The notes under the pieces were generated by a model. It did not search any database, was not told the origin of the DNA, and worked only from the letters and a program-made list of their open reading frames with translations. Position numbers and translations under genes: made by a program. Shown in pieces: positions 10,203-19,215 of a stretch of 64,000 bases of DNA; within the stretch, counting starts at the first letter, position 1; every line of letters begins with the position of its first letter. The stretch is from Nitrospirota bacterium. Its GTDB lineage: Bacteria > Nitrospirota > UBA9217. The DNA lies in the NCBI GenBank assembly GCA_963818475.1, contig CAWFSF010000006.1, forward strand, positions 96,001 to 160,000, in the 5' to 3' direction.

Positions 10203-11795
10203 ATGATGCTTCACGCTTACTTATCGCAAAGGGCCTCTCAAACGCCGGATACCATATTCATCATTCAGGGAGAACGCCGCGTTACTTATGGGGCGCTCGA
10301 GGTGCAGGTGTCCCGCTTTTCCTCATTCCTGCTTTGCCTGGGGATGGAGAAAGGCGACCGGATCGGCATCATCAGCAGGAATTCTCCGGAATACATCGCA
10401 GCCTACCTCGGCATACAGCGCGCCGGATGCGTTGCCGTTGATGTCAATTACCAGAGCTCGATCCACGAGATCAAGACTATCGTCAATCATTGCGGCATCA
10501 AGATGGTGATCCTGGAAAACAGCTTCACCGGCGAATTTCCCGAGGCGCTCGGCGCCATGCCTTCGCTCCGCGCCGTTATCGGCATAGAGCGAAGGGCGCG
10601 GGGGTTCCAGTCCGTGCGCAGAAGGATCCCGCCCCACATTCACTACGCGGTCCTCGGAGACATTCTGTGCTCCGAGCAGGCGATAAAAACGCCTCCGGCC
10701 GTCACGGGGGAGAACCTGGCCGCTATTGTCTACACGTCGGGCACGTCCGGAAGACCAAAAGGCGTCATGCTGTCCCACGAGAACATCCTGGCCAATGCGC
10801 GATCGATCATAGAATATCTGCGGCTCAGTGAGAACGACCGGACCATGGTCGTGCTGCCCTTCTGTTATTGCTACGGGAAATCCCTCCTCACGACGCATTT
10901 GATGGCAGGCGGTTCGCTGGTCCTGGAAAACAGCTTTCTCTATCCGCAGACGGTGTTCAAAAAGATGATGGAAGAGCAGGTCACGGGTTTTGCCGGAGTG
11001 CCTTCGACTTTCGCCATCATGCTCGAGCGGTCGAATTTCCACGACTTCAGCTTTCCCGCCCTCCGGTACGTGACCCAGGCAGGGGGAGCGATGCCGCCTC
11101 GCCATGCGCAGGAGCTTGCCGGGCTTCTCCCGGGCGCCCAGATCTATATCATGTACGGGCAGACCGAAGCCACCGCGCGGCTCACCTATCTTGATCCCGA
11201 CGATCTCCTGGAACGGCCCGGCTCGATCGGGAAACCCGTGCCGGGCGTGGAGATCATGGTGGTGACGGAAGAGGGAAAAGCTGCGGCTGCAGGCCAGGAG
11301 GGGGAGATCATCGCCCGAGGGAAGAACATCATGGCCGGCTACTGGAACGATCCGGAAGAAACGAAAAAGGTCCTGAAGGAAGGCTGGCTGCATACCGGCG
11401 ATATCGGCACCATGGACAAGGATGGATACCTTACGATTGCCGGCCGGCGAAGCGACATGATCAAACGCGGGACCCACCGGATAAGCCCGAAGGAAATAGA
11501 GGAAGTGATCCACGAGATGGACCCGGTACGCGAGGCCAGTGTCATGGGAACGCACGATGCCATTCTCGGCGAAAAGATCCGGGCCGTGGTGGTCTTGAAA
11601 AGAGGATGTGTCATGGACGCTCAGGCGGTCCAGCGACACTGTCAGGCCAGACTTGCGCCGTTCAAGGTCCCGCAGGAAGTCCTGTTCGTGGATGCCTTGC
11701 CGAGAACGGCCAGCGGAAAGGTCTTGAGATCCGAGCTCAAAGGCAACCTGTTCGCCGGTATGCCCGGGAGCGTGCCGCCGATGGTGCAGCCGTGA
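10203..11795 (+). CDS. Class I adenylate-forming enzyme (acyl-CoA/acyl-ACP ligase)
   Basis: YTSGTSGRPKGV, MYGQTEA, LHTGD, GRRSDMIK, PRTASGKV; GAGGG before ATG 10203. Confidence 0.9.
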   Translation: MMLHAYLSQRASQTPDTIFIIQGERRVTYGALEVQVSRFSSFLLCLGMEKGDRIGIISRNSPEYIAAYLGIQRAGCVAVDVNYQSSIHEIKTIVNHCGIKMVILENSFTGEFPEALGAMPSLRAVIGIERRARGFQSVRRRIPPHIHYAVLGDILCSEQAIKTPPAVTGENLAAIVYTSGTSGRPKGVMLSHENILANARSIIEYLRLSENDRTMVVLPFCYCYGKSLLTTHLMAGGSLVLENSFLYPQTVFKKMMEEQVTGFAGVPSTFAIMLERSNFHDFSFPALRYVTQAGGAMPPRHAQELAGLLPGAQIYIMYGQTEATARLTYLDPDDLLERPGSIGKPVPGVEIMVVTEEGKAAAAGQEGEIIARGKNIMAGYWNDPEETKKVLKEGWLHTGDIGTMDKDGYLTIAGRRSDMIKRGTHRISPKEIEEVIHEMDPVREASVMGTHDAILGEKIRAVVVLKRGCVMDAQAVQRHCQARLAPFKVPQEVLFVDALPRTASGKVLRSELKGNLFAGMPGSVPPMVQP

Positions 11796-11851
11796 GCGTA
11801 TGTTGGGACCCTGCGGTTAAATTCTAACATTACGCCGGAAGGCGGGGATAG

Positions 11852-13006
11852 GTGATCATGAGGAAAATGGCGCTCAACAATGCCGAGGACGCACTGCTTT
11901 CTCACGGGGACCACACACCCGAACTGGTATATGGGTTCTCTGCGGCGGAGTATTTTCATCAGGCGTTGTATCTGGAACGGAAGCGGCGCGAGCGGTCGCA
12001 GCGGCCCCTGTATCTACTCCTGCTCGACGTCATGCGGATGACGGAAGAAGAGCAGAATGCGGCGATCAGTCCGATCGCCGCCCAACTCGTCTCCATGACG
12101 AGGGAGACCGATATCAAGGGCTGGTACAGCGAAGGCCGGGTCATCGGGGTGCTCTTTACAGAGATCAGCTCCATCGACAAACAGGAAATAGTGAAAAAGA
12201 TCACGAACGGCCTTGAGAGCAGTCTCACGGCGGACCAGATGGGGAAGATTACCATCTCCATCCATGAATTTCCCGAAAAAGGCGAGAAAGACCAGAGCGA
12301 CCCGCCGGATCCTGTTTTCTATCCTGAGGTGAAGAAGAAATACGGTGCGCACACGGGGCCGTTCCTCTTCAAGCGGGCCATCGATATCTGCGGGAGCATC
12401 GTCGGGTTGATCCTCTTTTTACCGTTGTTCCTGGCAATCGCGTTTCTCGTGAAGCTCACGTCCCCGGGCCCGGTCCTCTTCCGTCAGGAACGCGTGGGAT
12501 TGTATGGAACGAAATTCACGTTTCTCAAGTTCAGAACGATGCAGGTGAACAACGATCCGCGCGTGCATGAGGAGTACGTGAAAAAACTCATCGCAGGGAC
12601 GGTTGACGGCGGCAGCAACGACGGCAACGGCGGAGGCGGCGGAAAGCCTGTGTTCAAGATCACGAACGACAAACGGGTCACGCAGGTCGGCCGCATTCTT
12701 CGCAAGACCAGTCTGGACGAACTGCCGCAGTTCATCAACGTGCTGCTTGGGGACATGTCGTTGGTCGGCCCCCGGCCGCCGATCCCGTATGAAGTGCGGA
12801 ATTACGACATCTGGCACCGCTGCAGGGTCGTCGAGGTCAAGCCCGGCATAACCGGGCTCTGGCAGGTCATGGGACGCAGCACTACGAGCTTCGACGAGAT
12901 GGTGCGGCTGGACATCAGGTATTCACGGGAATGGAGCATCTGGCTGGATCTCAAGATCCTGGCGATGACGCCGTGGGCGGTGTTCAAAGGCAAAGGCGCG
13001 TACTGA
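11852..13006 (+). CDS. Priming phosphoglycosyltransferase (bacterial sugar transferase) with N-terminal degenerate GGDEF-like domain
   Basis: C-terminal KRAIDI...FLKFRTM...LRKTSLDELPQFINVLLGDMSLVGPRP...KPGITGLWQV; N-terminal LERKRRERSQRPLYLLLLDV...RETDIKGWY...IGVLFTE. Confidence 0.9.
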   Translation: MIMRKMALNNAEDALLSHGDHTPELVYGFSAAEYFHQALYLERKRRERSQRPLYLLLLDVMRMTEEEQNAAISPIAAQLVSMTRETDIKGWYSEGRVIGVLFTEISSIDKQEIVKKITNGLESSLTADQMGKITISIHEFPEKGEKDQSDPPDPVFYPEVKKKYGAHTGPFLFKRAIDICGSIVGLILFLPLFLAIAFLVKLTSPGPVLFRQERVGLYGTKFTFLKFRTMQVNNDPRVHEEYVKKLIAGTVDGGSNDGNGGGGGKPVFKITNDKRVTQVGRILRKTSLDELPQFINVLLGDMSLVGPRPPIPYEVRNYDIWHRCRVVEVKPGITGLWQVMGRSTTSFDEMVRLDIRYSREWSIWLDLKILAMTPWAVFKGKGAY

Positions 13007-13033
13007 CGCGGACGAAAAAGCGAGGTGGAGGAC

Positions 13034-14035
13034 ATGCTCAACATCGGGGTCATCGGATACGGGTATTGGGGGCCGAACATCGTGAGGAACTTCAGCGCCC
13101 TTGACGGGGCAACCGTGGAGTGCATCTGCGACGGCAATGCCCAGTCGCTGGACCGCGCCCGCAAGGCCTATCCGCAGATATGTTTGACCCAGGACTGCGG
13201 CGAGGTCCTCAATGCGACGAACATCGATGCCGTGGCGGTCATTACGCCGGTCTCGACCCACTACGAGCTGGCAAAACGCGCGCTCCTGAACGGGAAGCAT
13301 GTCTTTGTCGAGAAGCCGTTCACGGCTACGGTCGCCCAGGCGGAAGAGCTTATCGAGATCGCGGAGCGCAGGAAGCTCATCATTATGGTTGACCATACGT
13401 TCATCTTCACCGGGGCCGTGCGCACGATCAAGCGACTGGTCCAGGAAAAAGCGCTCGGCGACCTGTACTACTATGATTCAGTCCGCGTGAACCTGGGTTT
13501 GTTCCAGCGCGATGTGAATGTCATCTGGGACCTCGCGCCCCACGATTTTGCGGTCATGGACTATTTGATCGACGAAAAACCGGCGTCCGTGACAGCCTGC
13601 GGAAAGGCCCACGTCAACGGTTTGGAGGATACCGCCTATATAACGGCGCATTTCAGCAACAACATGATCGCCCATTTCAATGTCAACTGGCTTTCTCCGG
13701 TCAAAGTGAGAACGACCCTGATCGGCGGTGAAAAAAAGATGCTGGTCTGGAACGACCTGGAGGCGGATGAGAAAATCAAGATCTACGACAAGGGTGTGGA
13801 GATCAAGAACCGCGAGAGCGATTACAAGCTGCGCGTCAGCTACCGGTCGGGTGACATGTATGCTCCGAAGGTGGAGCATATCGAAGCACTGAAGCGTGAG
13901 GCCGAGTATTTTCTGTCCTGCGTAACAACGGGCGAACGCCCGGATAATGACGGCCAGGCGGGGCTGCGGGTGGTGAAACTGCTTGACGCCTGCAGCCAGT
14001 CTGTGAGGCAGGAAGGGAAAGCGATAGCCGTATGA
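13034..14035 (+). CDS. Gfo/Idh/MocA oxidoreductase (nucleotide-sugar dehydrogenase, WbpB/WlbA-like role)
   Basis: GVIGYGYWGPN, GKHVFVEKP, DLAPHD; GGAGG before ATG 13034; adjacent to acetyltransferase and aminotransferase. Confidence 0.85.
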   Translation: MLNIGVIGYGYWGPNIVRNFSALDGATVECICDGNAQSLDRARKAYPQICLTQDCGEVLNATNIDAVAVITPVSTHYELAKRALLNGKHVFVEKPFTATVAQAEELIEIAERRKLIIMVDHTFIFTGAVRTIKRLVQEKALGDLYYYDSVRVNLGLFQRDVNVIWDLAPHDFAVMDYLIDEKPASVTACGKAHVNGLEDTAYITAHFSNNMIAHFNVNWLSPVKVRTTLIGGEKKMLVWNDLEADEKIKIYDKGVEIKNRESDYKLRVSYRSGDMYAPKVEHIEALKREAEYFLSCVTTGERPDNDGQAGLRVVKLLDACSQSVRQEGKAIAV

Positions 14036-14511
14036 CCTATCTCTGCATCGCCGACGATGTGAAGCTCGGCGCGAACGTCAAACTGGCGCAGTTCATCAAT
14101 CTCTACGGATGCACGATCGGAGACAACACGCGGATCGGTACGTTCGTGGAAGTGCAGAAGAACGCGTTCATCGGCAGGAACTGCAAGATACAGAGCCACA
14201 CGTTCATCTGCGAAGGCGTGACCATCGAGGACGATGTGTTTGTCGGGCACGGGGTGACGTTCGTGAATGACAAGTATCCGAGGGCGACCAATGGCGGCGG
14301 CGCTTTGCAAAATGAAGCGGACTGGAAGGTCCTGCCGACGATCGTGAAGCGAGGCGCTTCCATCGGGTCGGGGACGACCATACTCGGCAACGTGACGATC
14401 GGGGAAAAGGCAATCGTCGGATCGGGAAGCGTGGTAACCAGGGATGTGCCTCCCGGCACTATCGTCGCGGGAAACCCTGCGAGCGTCTTAAGGAGGATCA
14501 ACCATGAATAG
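14032..14511 (+). CDS. Hexapeptide-repeat N-acetyltransferase (WbpD/WlbB-like)
   Basis: NLYGCTIGDNTRIG, CKIQSHTFICEGVTIEDDVFVGHGV, VAGNPA. Confidence 0.88.
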   Translation: MTYLCIADDVKLGANVKLAQFINLYGCTIGDNTRIGTFVEVQKNAFIGRNCKIQSHTFICEGVTIEDDVFVGHGVTFVNDKYPRATNGGGALQNEADWKVLPTIVKRGASIGSGTTILGNVTIGEKAIVGSGSVVTRDVPPGTIVAGNPASVLRRINHE

Positions 14512-15712
14512 TCAGGTGCCATTTCTGGATCTTGTTGCACCGCACATCGAGGAAGAGGCGGCATTCATCGAGGTGCTGCGGGGCTCCCTGCGGACAGGAA
14601 GGTTTATCGGCGGACCTCTCGTGGAAGGCTTTGAAGAGCAGTTCGCGGCATTTTGCAATACCAAATACTGTGTCGGCGTCGGAAGCGGCACTGATGCGCT
14701 CCGCTTTGCATTGATCGCTGCGGGAGTCAGGGCGCAGGACATCGTGATCACCGTCCCGAACACCTTTATTGCCACGACCGAAGCGATCTCCCAGGCGGGA
14801 GCCGTTCCGGTGTTCGTCGATATCGACCCAAGGACGTATAACATGGACCCGGAACGGTTGCGGGAGTTCCTGGCCGTGCAGTGCGAAACCGCGCGGGAGA
14901 CCGGAGAGACCACCCACCGAACAACCGGACGCAGGGTTTCCTGCGTCATACCCGTGCACCTTTACGGACAAGCCGCGGACATGGACAGCCTCCGGAAGAT
15001 CGCGGAAGACCACCGTCTGATCCTTATCGAGGACGCGTGCCAGGCCCATGGCGCTGAATATTACTCGAAACAAGAGGGACGGTGGCTGAAAGCGGGCAGC
15101 ATGAGCGCCGCGGGCGCGTTCAGCTTTTACCCGGGAAAGAATCTTGGCGCCTGCGGAGAAGCGGGGGCGCTCACCACGAACGACGAAAAGATCGCCAACA
15201 CGGCAAGGATGCTGCGGGACCATGGTCAGGCGCAAAAATATATCCATGATCTGGAAGGATATAACGGAAGGCTCGATGCGATCCAGGCGGGATTTCTTCA
15301 GGTCAAGATGAAACGGCTGTCCGGCTGGAACGAGAGCCGCAGAAAGCACGCCGGGCGCTATGCATTTCTGCTGCGGGACCTTGATGGCGTTACGCTGCCC
15401 TTTGAGCCGGAGTGGAGCAAAGGCGTCTACCATCTCTATGTCATCAGGACGAAGGACCGGAATGCGCTGCAGAAGTTTCTGCTGGAGCGGAACATCAGCA
15501 CTGCGCTTCACTATCCGATACCGCTGCACCAGCAGAAGGCCTATCAGGGATCTGAGTGCAGCCTTGGCGTTTTTCCCGAAGCCGAGGCCGCGGCCCGGGA
15601 AATCCTGTCCCTCCCCATGTTCCCAACGCTGACCGAACAGCAGCAGGACCGCGTCGCCGCCGGAATACGGGAATTCTCCTGCCGGCGCCTCGGCGTTACC
15701 GCTGCGGCGTAG
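14504..15712 (+). CDS. DegT/DnrJ/EryC1/StrS PLP aminotransferase
   Basis: VGSGTDAL, PVHLYGQ, IEDACQAHG, FSFYPGKNLGACGEAG. Confidence 0.92.
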   Translation: MNSQVPFLDLVAPHIEEEAAFIEVLRGSLRTGRFIGGPLVEGFEEQFAAFCNTKYCVGVGSGTDALRFALIAAGVRAQDIVITVPNTFIATTEAISQAGAVPVFVDIDPRTYNMDPERLREFLAVQCETARETGETTHRTTGRRVSCVIPVHLYGQAADMDSLRKIAEDHRLILIEDACQAHGAEYYSKQEGRWLKAGSMSAAGAFSFYPGKNLGACGEAGALTTNDEKIANTARMLRDHGQAQKYIHDLEGYNGRLDAIQAGFLQVKMKRLSGWNESRRKHAGRYAFLLRDLDGVTLPFEPEWSKGVYHLYVIRTKDRNALQKFLLERNISTALHYPIPLHQQKAYQGSECSLGVFPEAEAAAREILSLPMFPTLTEQQQDRVAAGIREFSCRRLGVTAAA

Positions 15713-15855
15713 TACCGGCGTAATCCCTCGCGGTGGCGGTCTGCGACGTGCGAGTACGATGGGATCCATGATGAGCGAACGATTCCGCTGCGACATCATC
15801 CAGGGGTCGGAACAACAAGTGAAGTTTCTGTTACGGAGCAGGGCGGAGACGACAA

Positions 15856-17064
15856 ATGATTAAACCCTTTGAAAAACCGATCTATGTGACCAAACCGTTC
15901 CTGCCTCCCTTAGACGAGTTCTGCAAGGGCCTCGAAGAGATTTGGGAAAGCCGATGGCTGACCAATAACGGGCCGATTCTCCGGCGATTTACCCGTGAAC
16001 TGTGTAATGCCATGGAAACCGAGAATACCTGCCTCTTCAATAATGGTACGCTCGCCCTGCAGATAGCCCTGCAGGGCATGGGGATATCCGGCGAAGTCAT
16101 TACGACTCCCTACACATTCGTGGCAACGACCCACTCCCTGTTCTGGAACAAGATCCGGCCCGTTTTTGTCGATATCGAACCGGAATACTATACGATCGAT
16201 CCCGACAAGGTCGAGGCCGCGATCACTCCCTGGACGACCGCAATCCTGGCGGTCCATGTATACGGCCATCCTTGCAAGCTGGACCAGCTGGCCGACATCG
16301 CGCGCAGGCACAATATCAGGCTTATTTATGATGCGGCCCACGCCTTTGGCGTAAAAGTGGGCAACAGGCCGATCTCCCACTTCGGCGACCTGAGCATGTT
16401 CAGTTTCCATTCGACGAAACTGTTCCATTCCATTGAAGGAGGCATGCTCGTGTTTCGTGAAGCAGGATTAAAAGGCCTGTTTGATTATCTCAAAAACTTT
16501 GGGATCAAGAACGAGGTTGAAGTGGTCATGCCCGGCACCAACGCAAAAATGAACGAAATGCAGGCACTGATGGGCCTTCATGTTCTTAAATATCTCGACA
16601 GCGCCATTCAAAAGCGGGAAAAGATCACCGCTGTCTATCGCAGCAGGCTCAGGGAAATTCCGGGCATTCGCCTTGCTCCGCCCCTGTCCGGCGACATCCG
16701 GTACAACTACGCGTACATGCCGATCGAAGTGGATGAAAAGGAGTTCGGTATGAGCCGCGATGCGCTGTATGAAAAAATGAAGGAATGGAACGTGTATTCG
16801 CGTCGCTACTTCTATCCCCTGATCTGCGATTACCAGTGTTATCGCAGCATTCCGGTGAACGGTTCCTTGCCTGTCGCGCGTCGAGTGGCCGACCGCATAT
16901 TGACACTCCCGATTTATGACAGTCTTGAACTGTCTGATGTCGAGACCATCTGCGATATCATCATATTTCTTCATACGAGAAGCAGGTCTTTTCCGGAAAG
17001 AGCGTGGGCTCGGAGCGAGTCGGACGCGCTGGTGTCCAAGTGGCCCGACGCAAGAGTCGGATGA
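15856..17064 (+). CDS. DegT-family aminotransferase, VioA-like (dTDP-4-amino-4,6-dideoxyhexose)
   Basis: IYVTKPFLPP, WLTNNGP, NGTLAL, YDAAHAFG, SFHSTKLFHSIEGG, GTNAKMNE, RRYFYP. Confidence 0.88.
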   Translation: MIKPFEKPIYVTKPFLPPLDEFCKGLEEIWESRWLTNNGPILRRFTRELCNAMETENTCLFNNGTLALQIALQGMGISGEVITTPYTFVATTHSLFWNKIRPVFVDIEPEYYTIDPDKVEAAITPWTTAILAVHVYGHPCKLDQLADIARRHNIRLIYDAAHAFGVKVGNRPISHFGDLSMFSFHSTKLFHSIEGGMLVFREAGLKGLFDYLKNFGIKNEVEVVMPGTNAKMNEMQALMGLHVLKYLDSAIQKREKITAVYRSRLREIPGIRLAPPLSGDIRYNYAYMPIEVDEKEFGMSRDALYEKMKEWNVYSRRYFYPLICDYQCYRSIPVNGSLPVARRVADRILTLPIYDSLELSDVETICDIIIFLHTRSRSFPERAWARSESDALVSKWPDARVG

Positions 17065-17230
17065 ACCTTAAAAAAGCACTTGGACACGGATAAACACGGA
17101 TAAGAGCCGGATAACGGCGGATTATTTCTTTATAAGAGGTTCACCCAATAGGTGAATGTTTTGCTTTAGAATTTATCCGCGTTAATCAGATGTTTCCGAT
17201 TCTTCCGTGTCCAAATGCCGTTTTTAGGAT
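17064..17230. mobile_element. Palindromic MITE-like element, copy 2 (CACGGATAA core)
   Basis: Near-identical to 4311-4478; GGATGAA occurs at both boundaries (17059-17065, 17227-17233), consistent with a short target duplication. Confidence 0.8.
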
Positions 17231-17280
17231 GAAGAAGTTTTCTCTGCAAGGGGAACGGGGAGCAGCGAGCGGGGGCGAAA

Positions 17281-17952
17281 ATGAAGAAGGTAGTCGTATT
17301 TGGGAACGGCAGATGGGCTGAGCTGATGTATTGCTATCTTACGCAGGATTCCTCCTTCGAACTTGCCGGTTTTACGGTCGACCCTCAATATATCAGGGAA
17401 AATACGCTATTCGGATTACCCGTTGTGCCCTTCGACCAGGTCGAAGTGGTCTTCCCCCCGACGGAGTACTCAATGCTTGTCGCTCTCAGCTATCAGAGGA
17501 TTAACCGGCTGAGGGAAGAGAAGTACTTTCAGGCCAAGTCCAAGGGATATGATCTGATCAGCTATGTCTCTTCAAAGACGACGACGTGGCCCGACCTGGT
17601 TATCGGTGACAACTGCCTCGTGTCGGAGAATTCCAGCCTCAACCCGTTTGTCAAGATCGGGAACAATGTCACCATCGGCGCGTGCGTCCTGATCGGTCAT
17701 CATTCGGTGATAGGGGACCATTGCTTCATCTCTTCCGGCACCGTGATTCTTGGCAGTGTCACCGTTGGACCATATTGCCTGCTGGGGCCGAATTCTACAG
17801 TCAAGGAAAAAGTCACGGTCGCCAGAGATTGCATCATCGGCTGCGGAGTTACCATCACAAAAGATACCCGGGAAAAGGGAGTGTATGTCGGGCGATCCCC
17901 CGAACTCCTGACGAAACCGAGTGATGCGTTGAAAGCGTGGCTCACGTGGTGA
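17281..17952 (+). CDS. NeuD/PglD-like sugar acyltransferase (left-handed beta-helix)
   Basis: VVVFGNG N-terminal domain, NRLREEKY, hexapeptide repeats IGDNC/IGNNV/IGHHSVIGDHC. Confidence 0.85.
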   Translation: MKKVVVFGNGRWAELMYCYLTQDSSFELAGFTVDPQYIRENTLFGLPVVPFDQVEVVFPPTEYSMLVALSYQRINRLREEKYFQAKSKGYDLISYVSSKTTTWPDLVIGDNCLVSENSSLNPFVKIGNNVTIGACVLIGHHSVIGDHCFISSGTVILGSVTVGPYCLLGPNSTVKEKVTVARDCIIGCGVTITKDTREKGVYVGRSPELLTKPSDALKAWLTW

Positions 17953-17989
17953 GCCTGCACATCGTGCTCGAAGAAAAAGGAGAGGGATA

Positions 17990-19147
17990 ATGCCTGCGGA
18001 GTCCTCGGTGGAAGAACGGTTGATCGTAGCCGTGGTGAAAGATTTTGCATCGAAGCGTTTGTCGCTGGTCAGTCAAGATGCAGATGCTCTGGGGACATGG
18101 CCTAAAGAAACGGTGAAGGAAATGGCTCGCCTGGGATTGTTCGGGGCCATCATCCCTCAGGCATATGGCGGGTCCTTCAGCAGCTATCACCTGTACTACA
18201 GGATAATTAACGAAATAGCCAAAGTATGCGCTTCGCATGCACTTATCCTGCTGTCTCATTCCTTCTGTTCCCATGTCATCGCCGCCTTTGGCACGAGTGA
18301 TCAAAAAGAAAAGTTGTTGCCGAAAATGGCAACGGGGGCATATCTCGGCGCGGTTGCGATGACTGAACCCGATTCGGGCTCGGATCTCGCATCGGTCCGG
18401 ACAAGCGCCACGCCCTGTCAGGAAGGGTTTCTCCTGAAGGGTCATAAACAATTTATTACAAACGGCGGCAACGCTGACGTGATCGTGGTTCTCGCATCCA
18501 CCCTTTCCAAAAACCCTCTCTTCAATAAGAGTTTGATCATAGTTGAGAAACCTCTTGCGGGCTGCACGACGGGAATGAGCGAGAGCAAGATGGGTTTTCG
18601 CGCAGTGGATACTACTGAATTATTCTTTGACGATGTGATCGTAAAAAAAGAGGCGCTCCTCGGCAAGGAAGGACAGGGCCTGCTCCTGATTATGAAGGGC
18701 CTTAATTGTTCCCGATTGGCCAGCGCGGCGCTAGCTCTCGGGATTGCCCAGTCGGCGCATGGGGAAGGGGCGCGCTATGCCAGACAGCGCAAACAATTCG
18801 GGAAACCGATCTCCGAATTTCAGGCGATTCAGCAATACCTGGCGGACAATGAAACTGAATTGGAATGCGCGCAGCTCTTGTTGAATAATGCCGCGATCAA
18901 ACAGGATCGTGGAGAGAATACGGAAGCATATTCCGCAATGACCAAGTATTACTGCTCGGAAACCGCGCTCCGCGTTGTGACACGGGCAATGCAGATTCAT
19001 GGCGCCTATGGCTACATCAAGAGGCTCCCCATTGAGAGACACTATCGGGATGTGAGGCTCTGTACGATCATCGAGGGGACCAGTGAGGTCTTGCGCCCCC
19101 TCATTGCGAAGCATGCCTGTGGAAGTATCGCGACAGGTCTTTCATGA
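17990..19147 (+). CDS. Acyl-CoA/acyl-ACP dehydrogenase
   Basis: AMTEPDSGSD, GHKQFITNG, KMGFRA, RKQFGKPISEFQAIQ, QIHGAYGY, YRDVR, IIEGTSE (catalytic Glu). Confidence 0.92.
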   Translation: MPAESSVEERLIVAVVKDFASKRLSLVSQDADALGTWPKETVKEMARLGLFGAIIPQAYGGSFSSYHLYYRIINEIAKVCASHALILLSHSFCSHVIAAFGTSDQKEKLLPKMATGAYLGAVAMTEPDSGSDLASVRTSATPCQEGFLLKGHKQFITNGGNADVIVVLASTLSKNPLFNKSLIIVEKPLAGCTTGMSESKMGFRAVDTTELFFDDVIVKKEALLGKEGQGLLLIMKGLNCSRLASAALALGIAQSAHGEGARYARQRKQFGKPISEFQAIQQYLADNETELECAQLLLNNAAIKQDRGENTEAYSAMTKYYCSETALRVVTRAMQIHGAYGYIKRLPIERHYRDVRLCTIIEGTSEVLRPLIAKHACGSIATGLS

Positions 19148-19215
19148 ATGCGGACCATCACCTGCACTGAAGATACCGAGCGCTGAAGAGCAGCCGTTTT
19201 ATCAACGAGGCATAC

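Noticed and set aside
10323-11639. 438-aa minus-strand ORF (also 14498-15799, 21922-22968, 58154-59428)
   Set aside because: Antisense shadows of well-supported + strand genes; no motifs; expected from GC-rich codon bias.
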